Assembly: GCF_009914755.1 (NCBI RefSeq)
Contig: NC_060931.1
From: the human T2T-CHM13v2.0 reference genome, Homo sapiens
DNA length: 64,000 nucleotides
Direction: 5' to 3' (one strand)
In this document: positions 15,278-30,166 of the stretch, in pieces
How positions within the stretch are numbered: the first letter of the stretch is position 1
How the letters are laid out: each line of letters opens with the position of its first letter
Position numbers and translations under genes: made by a program
Notes under the pieces: generated by a model
What the model saw: only the letters and a program-made list of their open reading frames with translations
Database searches by the model: none
What the model was told of the DNA's origin: nothing

Positions 15278-17175
15278 TGAGTTTGTCACCAACTTCATAT
15301 CAGTGTTTCCACTGGATTCTGTGCCACTGCTTGTTCCTCATTATCATCCTCTTATCTCTCTGAGGATCTTTGTTGTGCTTATTTTAGAGTCCTGATCTGT
15401 CTTGTTCCATTCCGGTTTGTGTAGGACAGTTTGTCTCTTTTGATGTGATTGTACTCTTAAAATACCTGGTGACATTAACCTCCGAGCTTGTTTTTCCCTG
15501 AGCTTATCAGCTTCCTTAGCTGGTGACATATAGTCAGGGGCATGGGCAAGTTCCAGCCCCTAACCTGTGCTTTTGCAAGTGGGCTGGGAGCACCAGCAGC
15601 CTTTCCCAGAGCAAACTTCCAGGCACCTGAGTCAGACCTGAACTTAAAACTGTGGGTCTGATTCTGCAGTTTACGGTTTTTTACTAACTTGCTCATGGTG
15701 GCTTATTTCTCTGTGTGTTTAGTGATTTTTGTATGATATATCCCTGCACTTCAGAACTTTATGGACATTCTTTGAGGCCTGGCTATTTTATTTGTTTGTT
15801 TGTTTTTTAAGACAGGGTTTCACTGTATGCCCAGGCCAGAATGCAGTGTTGTGATCATTCCTTACCTGACCTCCTTGTCTCAAGTGATCCTCCCACCTCA
15901 GTCTCCCAAATAGTTGGGACTACAGGTGCGTGCCACCATACCCAGCTAATTTTTTTTTAAATTTGAGGCCTGGATTTAAAGAAGAAGGATTTAAAGAAAT
16001 CCTTCTTCTAGAGAGGACTTGATTTGCTTCTGCCAGGTTCCTAGGGACATTACCAACCCAAGACTGACCGCTTCAAATTAATTCTCAGCTTAGGATTTCT
16101 GGGCCTCGAAGTTAGGATGGATTTCAGCCACAAATTCATGCGCGTGGTAAGGGCTAGTGGTTAAGGACTCCTGTGGGTGGTTCTCCGGCTGGTGGCTAAG
16201 GACTCTTGCGGGGGTGGTTCTCCACCCTGCCTCCCACCCAACACTGCAGTCGAGACAGAAAAGCCTTTTCTCAGCAAGGTCAGGGTTGCGTTTTTCATTC
16301 TCAGCAATTCCCTGTCTTTGGGGCCCCAGCATTATGCAAGAGTCTTTTGTTGTTGTTGTTTTGTTTTGTTTTGTTTTTTGTTTTTTGAGATGGAGTGTTG
16401 CTCTGTTGCCCAGGCTGCAGTGCAGAGGTGCGATCTTGGCTCACTGAAACCTCTTGCCTCCCGGGTTCAAGCGATTTTCCTGCCTCAGCTTCCCGAGTAG
16501 CTGGGATTACAGGTGGGCACCACCATGCCTGGCTAATTTTTGTATTTTTAGTAGAGACAGGGTTTCGCCATGTTGGCCAGGCTGATCTCGAACTCCTGAC
16601 CTCCAGCAATCTACCATCCTGGGCTTCCCGAAGTGCTGGGATTACAGGCATGAGCCACCGCACCCGGTCCACAAGAGTCTTGATCTGCCACCCCACCGTG
16701 CCTGTCTGGGGCCTTCTTTCCTTTTGGCTGCCTGAGGCAAATTAAAAATCCAGACTCTAAAGCCAGTTGTGCAGATGCTCACCTGTGGTCCCAGCTACTT
16801 GAGAGGCTGATGCAAGAGGATTGCTTGAGCCCAGGAGTTCAAGTCCAGCCTGGGCAACATAGCAGACACTCCATCTCTAAAAAATCAAAAATGATAAAAA
16901 TTCCAGCCTCTAGGCCACCAGGGATTAGCATAGGCCCTCAGGGCAAACAACACGTTCCTGCTCTCTTTCTGGGTCCTCCTCCTTCTGACCTCCAGTTATT
17001 CTGGTCTCCTTTACTTCCCTGTTAGCTCAGTCATGCTTTAAAGTATTTTTTGTGTATTTATTAAAATTTCACCCAACACTCAGGCGGGTGTGGTGGTCCA
17101 TGCCTGTAATCACAGCACTTTGGGAGGCCGAGGTGGGCGTATCACAAGGTCAGGAGATGGCGACCATCCTGGCTA

Positions 17176-17639
<464 letters not shown>

Positions 17640-18658
17640 TCAGGAGGCTGAGGCAGGAGAATCGCTTGAACTGGGAGGCAGAGTTTGCAGTGAGCTGAGA
17701 TCACGATACTGCACTCCAGCCTGGGTGACAGAGAGAGACTCTGTCTCAAAAACAAAACAAAATTTCACCCAACACTTTAAGGTAGCCTATATTGACAGAG
17801 ATTTATCTGCACATCTAATTATCCATAACGTCAAAAACAAAAATTCTGGCAAAGTGCTGGGATTGTAGTTGCAGTGGCTCATGCCTGTAATCCCAACACT
17901 TTGGGAGGCCAAGGCAGGCAGATCACTTGCGGTCAGACGTTCAAGACCAGCCTTGCCAACATGGTGAAACCCGTCTCTACTAAAAATACAAAAATTAGCC
18001 AGACATGGTAGCGGGTGCCTGTAATCCCAGCTACTCAGGAGGCTGAGGCAGGAGAATCGCTTGAACCGGGAGGCGGAGGTTGCAGTGAGCCAAGATCATG
18101 CCACTGCACTCCAGCTTGGGCGACAGAGTGAGACTCCGTCTCAAAAAAAAAAAAAAACAAACCATTCTCTATATATTTTGTATAAAAAGTCATATTAATA
18201 TAAGGACGAAATATATAAATATGTAAAAATTCTATATTAGCTATACCTTCACACAGCCCGCTTCCTAAGTCAGGCTGTCATGAGACACCTGCAGTGCATC
18301 AGGTATCCTGGCGTGAGGAAGGGGTTACTTTTTATAATGATAACTTCTTTTACTAAAATGGGACTCTTTCTGTGTCAGTTTCACCAGAGGCCCCAAAGGC
18401 TGAGAACAAAACATTAGGTGCCAAGTACTTCCACATTCTAAAGGCAGGAGGAGCTAGATCACCTTCACAGCTCATGCTGAGATTGTAAAACTGTTAGCTC
18501 CACATTGGGAAGGATTAGCTTGGCATCCACGTCCTGGCCGTGGCGGAATGTGAGAGGATTGCTTTGGAGCAACTGTCTGTGTGCTGGACGTTGCCCTTCT
18601 TCCCAGGCAGGAGGGGGTGGGTGCCCCATCTTCAGCTCATGCCAAATAAGGGAGCACT

Positions 18659-19003
18659 TCAAGAGGACCATTTCGGAAAGTGTGACATGTCTTCTGGAGT
18701 TTGAGGGACACGTGGACTGGGATTTGACTCCATGTTGGTGGCTAGCCCCTGGAGATGGCTGCCTTTGGCATGGTTTGCACTCTCAGAGTTCCTGTAGGCC
18801 TGCCGTGGTTCTCTAGAAAGGGAGACAGCCTTGTTCCAGCCAAAGGGAACACCGGAGGGATGGGATAACCTCAATAGAGGGGAGGACTTCTGGAGCCTAA
18901 GCGGCTGGGCAGGTACCCTAGTGTCCAGCTGGAGAAGGTGTAGCCTCTGGGGGACAGCAGGTGGCCTGGGGGTGGAGACTCTCCAGAACGCACGAGAAAA
19001 CAC
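18659..19003 (-). pseudogene. Cryptic gene, last coding exon (114 codons, P/S/R-rich putative cytoplasmic tail)
   Basis: Strong acceptor GCTTCTTTTCTCCTAG immediately precedes GTG at 19003; phase 0; reads VFSRAFWRVSTPRPP...FPKWSS-stop (ORF track 18659..19003). Confidence 0.55.
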
Positions 19004-19070
19004 CTAGGAGAAAAGAAGCACCATTTGGAATCTGTCACTCCCAGACTCAACTCATGGAGTGAAACCTGAC

Positions 19071-19185
19071 CTTCCTTCCCCTGCTTCCCCAGGACAGCAG
19101 CAGGCCAGGGACAGCAGCCAGCAAGGCCGGAGGAGGCAGTATGAGAAAGAGAAATGACACTGACCGTGACCCCACGGACTCCAGG
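19071..19185 (-). pseudogene. Cryptic gene, transmembrane-like exon (115 nt, phase 2-0)
   Basis: Acceptor CCCTCTCTCCTCCTCCAG, donor AAG/GTCAGG; reads (D)LESVGSRSVSFLFLILPPPALLAAVPGLLLSWGSRGRK. Confidence 0.6.
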
Positions 19186-19256
19186 CTGGAGGAGGAGAGA
19201 GGGTTTCAAGTCAATGACATTTGAAGTTTTGAGATGACACTGGATAAGACTAATAA

Positions 19257-19577
<321 letters not shown>

Positions 19578-20266
19578 TAAAATAAACAAACAAACAAAAA
19601 AACTCTTTAACCTGTTTGTTACCCAAAAGAGCCTGGAAAAGCTATAAATGTCATCCAGGCCTAGGAAAGAACGTATCATTACAACTGATTTGTAGGGACA
19701 CTCCTGAGAAAGCAAAGTTGCTTTTTGTTCATACCTTAGCTCCTTCAGCAAAAGGCTGCATGGGAGTGTAGAAGGTCAGGTCAGGGAAACAGGTGGGCCA
19801 TGTCCCCTGGCCCTCTTGGCCCACTTCCAGGCCGGGGCAATCTAAGCCAGCAATGGGGAGACGTTTCATTGGAACTTTGGAGTTTTCATGTTATACCATC
19901 TGGACTTTTTTTTTTTTTTTTTTTTTGAGACAGAGCCTCACTCTGTCACCAGGCTGGAGTGCAGTGGCATCCCACCACACCCAGCAAATTTTTGTATTTT
20001 TATTAGAGACGGGGTGTCACCATGTTGACCAGGATGGTCTCAGTCTCGATCTCCTGACCTCATGATCTGCCCGCCTTGGCTTCCCAAAGTGCTGGGATTA
20101 CAGGCTTGGGCCACCACGCCAGGCTGGACTTTTTTAAAAAACCAAAGAGGAAAATTGTCCTTCTGTGTCCTGGAAAGGCTGCGTAAACCACCCCCAGTTT
20201 CACACAGGACAGAAAGAAGTCACCCAGGAAGCTGACGAGTGGCAGTGACGAGAAGGAATCACTCAC

Positions 20267-20393
20267 TCTCTCCTTGCATCCAGCAGGTCCAGCTTGTCTG
20301 TTTTGAGTTTCATGATATACTGAGTATTATCATGCACTGCAGTTTCCATGCTGCAGGATGTCATCAGTGGGTTAACTTGATGAAAAGCAAGAC
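20267..20393 (-). pseudogene. Cryptic gene exon (127 nt, phase 1-2)
   Basis: Acceptor TTTCTGTTATTTGAAG, donor GA/GTGAGT; open frame [41 protein letters not shown]. Confidence 0.6.
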
Positions 20394-20843
20394 CTTCAAA
20401 TAACAGAAACTACTATGTAATGGAAAGAAGCCATGAAACTCTCATATACAAGAATTGTTGGCCGGGTGCAGTGGTTCATACCTGTAATCCCAGCACTTTA
20501 GGAGGCCAAGGTGGGCAGATCACTTGAGGTCAGGAGTTCGAGATCAGCCTGGCCAACATGGTGAAACCTCGTCTCTACCAAAAAATACAAAAATCAGCTG
20601 AGTATCAAATGTCAAAATTAAACACCTAGTTTTCTTTTACAAAAGACTCAAGCATTTCTCATATGCTGACCTCTCCTTTGATGACAAGAGGCTGTCAGGA
20701 GTGTGCTGCCCTGAGGTTCACAGCATATTTTTGGCAATCAGGCTTCGTTCCCAAATTTTTGTATGCTGCTCTCCGTATTACAGGGACTAGAATTATGGAA
20801 AATGCATTTCTCAATTTCTCTTGCCTGCAAGCTTCTGGACCTG

Positions 20844-21195
<352 letters not shown>

Positions 21196-21635
21196 TAGCC
21201 TCCAAGTGATCCATTAGCCCCATCTCAGTGCTTTGGGGCCTCTGCCATCAACAGGGGTTTCCTGCATTTTTCTGACCTGGGTGACAGCAGCAACCAACCT
21301 CCTGTACTCTGAAGTACTGTGTGGTAGCAGACTTCCCCTAGCTCCTAATTCCCGCTGCCATTCTTATGATGTCATAAGCATTTAAATACCCTGCACTCAA
21401 TTCCTGTCCGCTTGAAAGGCCTACAGTGGTTCTCTTTTTCTTGCTGAACCCTGACTAATATGGATGCCTAGCTGATATTTTGAAAAAAATGGAGATCCTT
21501 AATGGGTCTCTTTAAGTTAAAATTGTTTTTAAGCTTTAATGAGACATTAACTGCCAATTTTAAAAGAAACTTGGCTGGGCGTGGTGGCTCACGCCTGTAA
21601 TCCCAGCACTTTGGGAGGCCGAGGCGGGAGGATCA

Positions 21636-21917
<282 letters not shown>

Positions 21918-22526
21918 TTATCACTGTGCAATTTTGTTGCCTGAAATAACGTGCTAAAGATTTTTCAGAATATGGCCGGGCGCGGTGGCTCACGCCTATA
22001 ATCCCAGCACTTCGGGAGGCTGAGGCGGGCAGATCTCCTCAGGTCAGAAGTTCGAAACCAGCCTGGCCAATATGGCGAAACCCCGTCTCTACTAAACATA
22101 CAAAAATTAGCCCGGTGCAGTGGTGGACGCCTGTAATGCCAGCTACTTGGGAGGCTGAGGCAGGAGAATGGCTTGAACCTGGAGGCAGAGGTTGCAGTGA
22201 GCCGAGATTGCGCCACTGGACTCTAGCCTGGGCAACAGAGCAAGACTCCATCTCAAAAAAAAAAATAAGATTTTTCAGAACAACGAAACATACTGAATTA
22301 CGTGTTGTCAATAAAATACACAATCATAATCTTTCTTTACTGAGAGAAATTAGGACTTTTTAAAATGTTGATAAAAGTATTTTCAAAATATGTGTTTCAT
22401 TTTTAAAACATTTCTATTTTTTCATGTTTTATAATGCTTCCATAGTAAATGTATATAATTTAAAAATAAATACAAAGGATTACAGGGGAGGAACAAGACT
22501 TTTACTGATATGAGTACATAATATAA

Positions 22527-22680
<154 letters not shown>

Positions 22681-22940
22681 TAGCTGGGATTACAGGTGCC
22701 CACTACCACGCTCAGCTAATGTTTTGTATTTTTAATAGAGAAAGGGTTTCACCATGTTGGCCAGGCTAGTCTCGAACCCTTGACCTCAAGTGATCCACCT
22801 GCCTCGGCCTCCCAAAGTGCTGGGATTTGAGGCATGAGCCACCATGCCCGGCCGAAATCACTGCTTTCAGACACAACATCTATAGCATCACACTCGACAG
22901 AAGTGCATGCACACGCATGTATACTCTGATGTATACTCAT

Positions 22941-23139
22941 TTTCATCAGTCTTGGCACTTGCCCACCAAAATCTCCCCCCAGTTATGGTAGCACATCCAG
23001 GTTGCCAGTCCTTGCTGTAGTTGAAGAGTAAAGATTGGGCCCTCGGAGTCTGTCCCCACAGTTTCGCTGGGCATAGTAAACTGTTGTCCCAGAGCTCCTT
23101 TACCTTCACATAAAGATTGAAGGACAGGATGGAGGTGAC
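22941..23139 (-). pseudogene. Cryptic gene exon (199 nt, phase 0-1) with mutated donor
   Basis: Acceptor CCACTCCCCAGCCATTGTCAG; open frame VTSILSFNLYVKVKELWDNSLLCPAK...[10 protein letters not shown]; followed by ATGAGT where GTGAGT is expected. Confidence 0.55.
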
Positions 23140-23329
23140 CTGACAATGGCTGGGGAGTGGAGGTAGGGTTTCTTTAGTTAAAAACATGGGCATTGCACCG
23201 GGCGGTGGCTCACGCCTGTAATCCCAGCACTTTGGGAGGCCAAGGGGGATGGATCACTTGAGGCCAGGGGTTTGAGACCAGCCTGGTCAACATGGAGAAA
23301 CCCCATCTCTACTAAAAGTACAAAAATTA

Positions 23330-23638
<309 letters not shown>

Positions 23639-24002
23639 CTATCATTTGCCTCTCAGCTCAAATATCACCTTCTGAGGAAGGACCTCCAGAACACATTACA
23701 AAGCAGCAGGTCCAGTCCCCAGCCCTGGCTTTATTTTTCCCCATAGAACACATCACCCTTTGACAAACTTTGTTTTGCTTGTTATTTATCATTATCTGCC
23801 CACCTCTCGAACAGAAGCTTTGTGAGTATAGGAACTTTTACCTATTTTGCTTGCTCTGATTTCCTTAGCACCTAGAAGAGTGCCTAACTCATAGCAGGTG
23901 TGCATTAAAATTCATTGAATGATAAAATATTTGCTTTCCCAGGCTTCCTTGAAGCCAAGACATGGGCACATCACCCAGGCCATGCCAATTAGAACCACTC
24001 AC

Positions 24003-24239
24003 TTGAGAACATGACCCAGATAATGACTTAGACTCATCCTGGCACATATGGGAGCAGAGAAGCCAGCCACTGCCAGTGTGCTGTAGCAGCAGCTTTGGTG
24101 CAGGTGTCTGGGTCCAGCCCAGGGCCACTGTGTCACCACTGCAAACTGTGGTGACTGTGCCTGGGATTGTTTTCACTGAACCAGATCTGTGGCAGGATTT
24201 GGGTGAGGTTGTTGGCTGTGTCACTCCCAAGCCTGGTCT
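24003..24239 (-). pseudogene. Cryptic gene exon (~237 nt, ends phase 0)
   Basis: Donor CAA/GTGAGT; open frame RPGLGVTQPTTSPKSCHRSG...SLSGSCSQ (ORF track 23889..24230). Acceptor is ambiguous among AGs giving starts at 24232, 24239 or 24244. Confidence 0.55.
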
Positions 24240-24287
24240 CTAGCCTTACCAGAAAATTGTGAGAGGCACCCCGCATCCTTTTAATGA

Positions 24288-24446
<159 letters not shown>

Positions 24447-24645
24447 TAGCTAGGATTACAGGCATGTGCCACCACACCCAGCTAATTTTGTATTTTCAGT
24501 AGAGACAGGGTTTCTCCATGTTGGTCAGGCTGGTCTCGAGCTCCCGACATCAGGTGATCTGCCAGCCTCAGCCTCCCAAAGTGCTGGGACTACAGGCGTG
24601 AGCCACTGCACCCAGCCCAGAGCCAACATTTTATTATTTACTCTG

Positions 24646-24997
24646 TGTATTAGTCTATTTTGTGTTACTATCACAGAATACCGCAGACTAGGTAATTTAT
24701 AAAGAAAAGAAATTTATTTCTCATAATTCTGGAGGCTCGGAAGTCCAATATCAAGGTGCTGGCATCTGGTGAGGGCCTTTGTGTTGTGTCAGAAGGCAGA
24801 AGGGCAAGAAAGCAAAAGGGGCCCAAACTCACTTTTATAACAAGCCCACTCTAGTGACCACGAGCACTCTGCAATAACAATATTAATGCACTCTGCCCTC
24901 GTGACCTAATCACCTATTAGGCCTCACCTCCCAACACTTGCACTGGGAACCTAGTTTCCAACATATGAACTTTGGGGAATACATTCAAACCATAGCA
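24646..24997 (-). mobile_element. ERVL-MaLR solo LTR (MST/MLT1A-type)
   Basis: tgtattagtc...ggtaatttataaagaaaagaaatttatt...ctggaggctcggaagtccaa...aaaccatagca pattern. Confidence 0.85.
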
Positions 24998-25083
24998 CTC
25001 TGCCTTAATGAACTAATAGCATAGAATGGAAGATAAGAGTCTTGTGGCAGTTCAGTAAGTCCAGAATTCGTATCACCCCTTAC

Positions 25084-25176
25084 CACAACAGTTATTGAAG
25101 ACCTATTTCCAGAAGATTATCCCGCTTCTTCAGGGCTGGCTAAAATCTGCTGCATCTCAGAAAACTGCTTAAATTT
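25084..25176 (-). pseudogene. Cryptic gene candidate exon (93 nt, disrupted)
   Basis: Acceptor TTATTCTCCTTGTGATAG, donor GTG/GTAAGG; at least one stop in every frame. Confidence 0.35.
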
Positions 25177-25393
25177 CTATCACAAGGAGAATAACTGATA
25201 GAATTCTCCCTAATCCCTCCTGTGTATTTGCCCTTTAAAACCATATACTTGTGAACTAGAGGTTGATAAAATAAACATGAATGTGAGTGGGACAGATTAA
25301 TTCATTCTCCTTAAGTTATATAGTTTCCTCTTCTGTTGACTCTGAAAGTGTCAGGATTCCAGCTAGGGTTTGAAAGATTATATCAAAAAGGGC

Positions 25394-25756
25394 TGTATTA
25401 GTCTATTTTCACACTGCTATAAAGAACTACCTGAGACTGGGTAATTTATAAAGAATAGAGCTTTAATTGATTCACAGTTCCACATGGCTGGGGAGGCCTC
25501 AGGAAACTTACAATCATGATGGAAGGTGAAGAAGAAGCAAGGCATATCTTACATGGTGGCAGGGGAGAGAGTGGAGGGGAAAGTGCCACACTTTTAAACC
25601 ATCAGCTCTTGTGAGAACTCACTCACTGTCGTGCGAATAGCAAGGGGGAGATCCACCCCCATGATCCAATCACCTTCCACGAGGCCCCTCCCTTGACATG
25701 TGGGGATTACCATTTGACATGAGATTTTGGTGGGGACACAGAGCCAAACCATATCA
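25394..25756 (-). mobile_element. ERVL-MaLR solo LTR (MSTA/THE1-type)
   Basis: tgtattagtc...cctgagactgggtaatttataaag...ggggaggcctcaggaaacttacaatcatg...ggggacacagagccaaaccatatca. Confidence 0.9.
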
Positions 25757-25827
25757 GGGGCCACAGCTAGAGCCAAACCCTGACAGGGACCTCGGACAGA
25801 AGAGCTGCTAGAGTGAGAAGTCCTTAC

Positions 25828-25894
25828 TCTGAGCAGTTGCATCCTGGCTCACATGGAAGATGATGGAGCTGAGACATAGGTCATCTAGCTTGTA
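25828..25894 (-). pseudogene. Cryptic gene candidate exon (67 nt)
   Basis: Branch point and acceptor CCTAATTTTCCCTGGACTCTTTCCCAG, donor AGA/GTAAGG; the only open frame is YKLDDLCLSSIIFHVSQDATAQ (phase 0-1). Confidence 0.5.
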
Positions 25895-25998
25895 CTGGGA
25901 AAGAGTCCAGGGAAAATTAGGATGAATCATGACTCACACCAGAGATGAACCAGCATCAGCATTATGAAACTCACAAAAACATGTTAAATCAGAAATCA

Positions 25999-26139
<141 letters not shown>

Positions 26140-26520
26140 TCAAGAAAAAAAAAAAAAAGGAAAAGAAATTAGAAACCCATCAGTAGAAACTAAAGATTAA
26201 ACTCAAATGCAGAGGTTTTTAGCAGCAATTTAAAAATCATGAACTTCAGGCAGGCTGAGATGGCTCACACCTGTAATCCCAGCATTTTGGGAGGCTGAGA
26301 TGGGAGGATCACTTGAGCCCAGGCATTTGAGACCAACCTGGGAAACATAGCAAGATCCAATCTCTATTTTTTTTTTAATTATAAACTTCAAGGCCAAGGA
26401 CAGAAATTCGTGTGAAATAAAGCCAGGGAATGATTTAGAGGTCAGTATGGCCAGTTGCTGTGAGCAAAAGATTTTTTTTTTTTTTTTTTCAAAAATAAGA
26501 CTTGTTTCTTCTTTTCTTAC

Positions 26521-26560
26521 AGGGGCCTTGCCTTAGAGATGTCTCTGAACAATTTGGACC
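26521..26560 (-). pseudogene. Cryptic gene candidate exon (40 nt)
   Basis: Acceptor TTTCTCCTTGACCCTTCTTGTCAG, donor CCT/GTAAGA. Confidence 0.4.
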
Positions 26561-26642
26561 CTGACAAGAAGGGTCAAGGAGAAATCGGATACTCTTGTGA
26601 TTCCCCCAGTCAACCACTGTTCCAGTTGCTTATCTGCTGAGA

Positions 26643-26810
26643 CAGCAGTTCTTGACCCCAGCTACACATTAAGCTTAAAAAAAAAATTACTGTTGCTTGG
26701 ACCCTAGCCCAACTTGTGAATCAGAATTTCTGGGGGTGGGTCCCAGCCACTGGTGTTTTTGAAAGTCTCCCTGGGTAATTCTAATGTATATTCAGTATTG
26801 AGCCCCACTG
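26643..26810. mobile_element. MER5-type hAT-Charlie fossil
   Basis: cagcagttctt...gaatcagaatttctggggg...ccctgggtaattctaatg...ccactg. Confidence 0.7.
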
Positions 26811-26944
26811 GCCTGACACTTTCATTCCCACTGAAACAGAAGTAATCCACTACAGAGGAGAGAAGGTTGTTCCATTCTAAGCCATAGGAGTTTTTAGTTA
26901 TCATAGCTCCAAACCCATAGGAACTGGCGTGAGAGCATTCTTAC

Positions 26945-27143
26945 GTGGGTGATGGATGTAGGAGCTCCAGGATGCCTTGGAACGTCTTGTCCCAGTATGT
27001 TTCTGCTTGTACAGGTATTCAAAATGAGGGCCAAACCCTTCTTTGGAATCCAACTCTGCTCTAGGCTAGTTGGCTGCCCCCAGACCAGGATTTAGCACCA
27101 ACAAACTGAGAATGTGATCAGAGGACTGGGGCCACTAACATAA
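26945..27143 (-). pseudogene. Cryptic gene candidate exon (199 nt, disrupted)
   Basis: Very strong acceptor GCTTTTCTGCTTTTCTTTTCCAG and donor CAC/GTAAGA; 1-3 stops depending on frame. Confidence 0.45.
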
Positions 27144-27569
27144 CTGGAAAAGAAAAGCAGAAAAGCATTCTCCCAACTCCTGTTCAATTAATTCAACAAA
27201 TAGCTGTGGCCATGGCTGCAAAGGTACCAAGGTGCAATGACTAAGAACTCTAGCTTTGGGGTCAGATAGTCCTGCGTTCTCATGCTGGCTCCACAAGGCC
27301 CACAAGCTGTGCACTCTGGGCAAGGTACCATATGAGCCTGAAGTTCCCATCTCCCCCTAAGAAAATCCCCAGAAAAGAGTTTTCTTGTAGTGAAGCCCTT
27401 ACAACACCTGTCATATTATAGGGTGCCCCCTCAATTACTTTACTTGGAAAAAGAACTATTTGCTTCAAATGTACATCACCTTAGATGACCTCAATTAATG
27501 CAAGTTTGGGGTATCTATAGAGGCCAAAAACCAAACAAAATCAGTTTTTTTAAGTGACAGAGAAATTTT

Positions 27570-28165
27570 TCAATTTTTAAGTGTATGAGAAATTCATAAC
27601 ATTTATCATAACTGTTTTAAGTGTTAAGTATGTTTTCATTGTTGTGAACTAGATCTCCAGATCTTGTAGAACTGAAACTGTGTACTCATTAAATAACTCC
27701 TTTTTGCCTCTTACTTCCAGCTCCTGGTAACCACCATTCAACTTTCTTTATCTATGACTCTGACAACTGTAGATACTTCATATAAGTGAAATCATGTAGT
27801 ATTTGTCCTTCTGTGACTGGCTTATGTCACTTAGTGTAATGTCTTCAAGGTTAGTCCATGTTGTTTGTCATGTGACAGGATTTCCTTCCTCTGTAAGGCT
27901 GAATAATATTGCATGATATGAATAGACCACATTTTATTTATCCATTCATCCACTGATGGACACGTGGGTTGTTTCCACCTCTTGGCTCTTGTGAATAATG
28001 CCGCCATGAATGTGGGTGTACAAATATCTGTTTGAGTTTCTACTTTGAATTCTTTTGGATATATACCCAGAGGTGGGGCTGTTGAATCTTATGGTAGTTC
28101 TATTTTTAATTTTTTGAAGAACTGCCATACAGTTTTCCATAGTGGTTGCACCCTTTTACAATACC
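27570..28165 (-). mobile_element. L1 3' end (L1M-type)
   Basis: ctggtaaccaccattc, gtagtatttgtccttctgtgactggctta, ccattcatccactgatggacac, ggatatatacccag. Confidence 0.85.
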
Positions 28166-28167
28166 AC

Positions 28168-28790
28168 TGTTGGGTTTTTTCTCACACCTCTTCAACACCA
28201 AATGAGGGTAGTTGTTTTTTTCCCTTCCTGACACCAACCTATTCTCCAACTCTCCAGACACCAACCGAGAATCCTACCATTCAATTCCATTTTGACAGTA
28301 ACTACCCAGAGTTACTATAAGACTCACAGCTTTAAGCATTCAGTCCCACAAGACTGCCTTCACTTACACGACCTGGGCCAGTCTCCAGTATTGGGTCCCC
28401 AGGTTACCCACACTTCTGTCTGACATAACTATAAATTCAGGGGTTCCCACAATCCTCCCAGATTTGATAATTTGCTAGAATGACTCACAGGACCCAGGAA
28501 AGTGCATTACTTACTATCGTCAGGTTATTATAAAGGATACAACTTAGGAACAGCTGAATGGAAGAAATAAATAGAGCAAAGTATGGGAACGGGAAAAGTG
28601 GAGCTTCCATGCCCTCTCTGGGTATACCATCCTCCTAGCACCTCAATGCATTACCAACCCAGAAGCTCCCAAAACCCTGTTGTGGAGAAATTTTAGTGGC
28701 AGTTTCATACACCGTCATATGTAGCCCTGACTGATTCGATCATTGGCCATTGCAGATTGACTCAATCATAACCTCTCTCCTCTCCCAACA
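28168..28790. mobile_element. LTR fragment (MER21-like)
   Basis: attcaattccattttgaca..taactacccagagtt, cagtcccacaagactgcc, ggggttcccacaa, ggagcttccatgccctctc. Family call from memory. Confidence 0.6.
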
Positions 28791-28918
28791 GAGGCATGGC
28801 TTTCAGGAAGAGAAAGTATTTCCCCTCTACTGAAACCAGGGCAGGCAATTAGGAGGGTTGTGGAGAGAGGATGAGAGGATTTTTTGTCAGTGAGCTACTG
28901 TGTTGAAAAGTGGATCTG

Positions 28919-29545
<627 letters not shown>

Positions 29546-29647
29546 TCATGACTGTAAACCCAGCACTTTGGGAGGCCAAGGTGGGTGAATCACTTGAGGT
29601 TAGGAGTTTGAGACCTCACTGGCCAACATGGCGAAATACCTTCTCTA

Positions 29648-30166
<519 letters not shown>

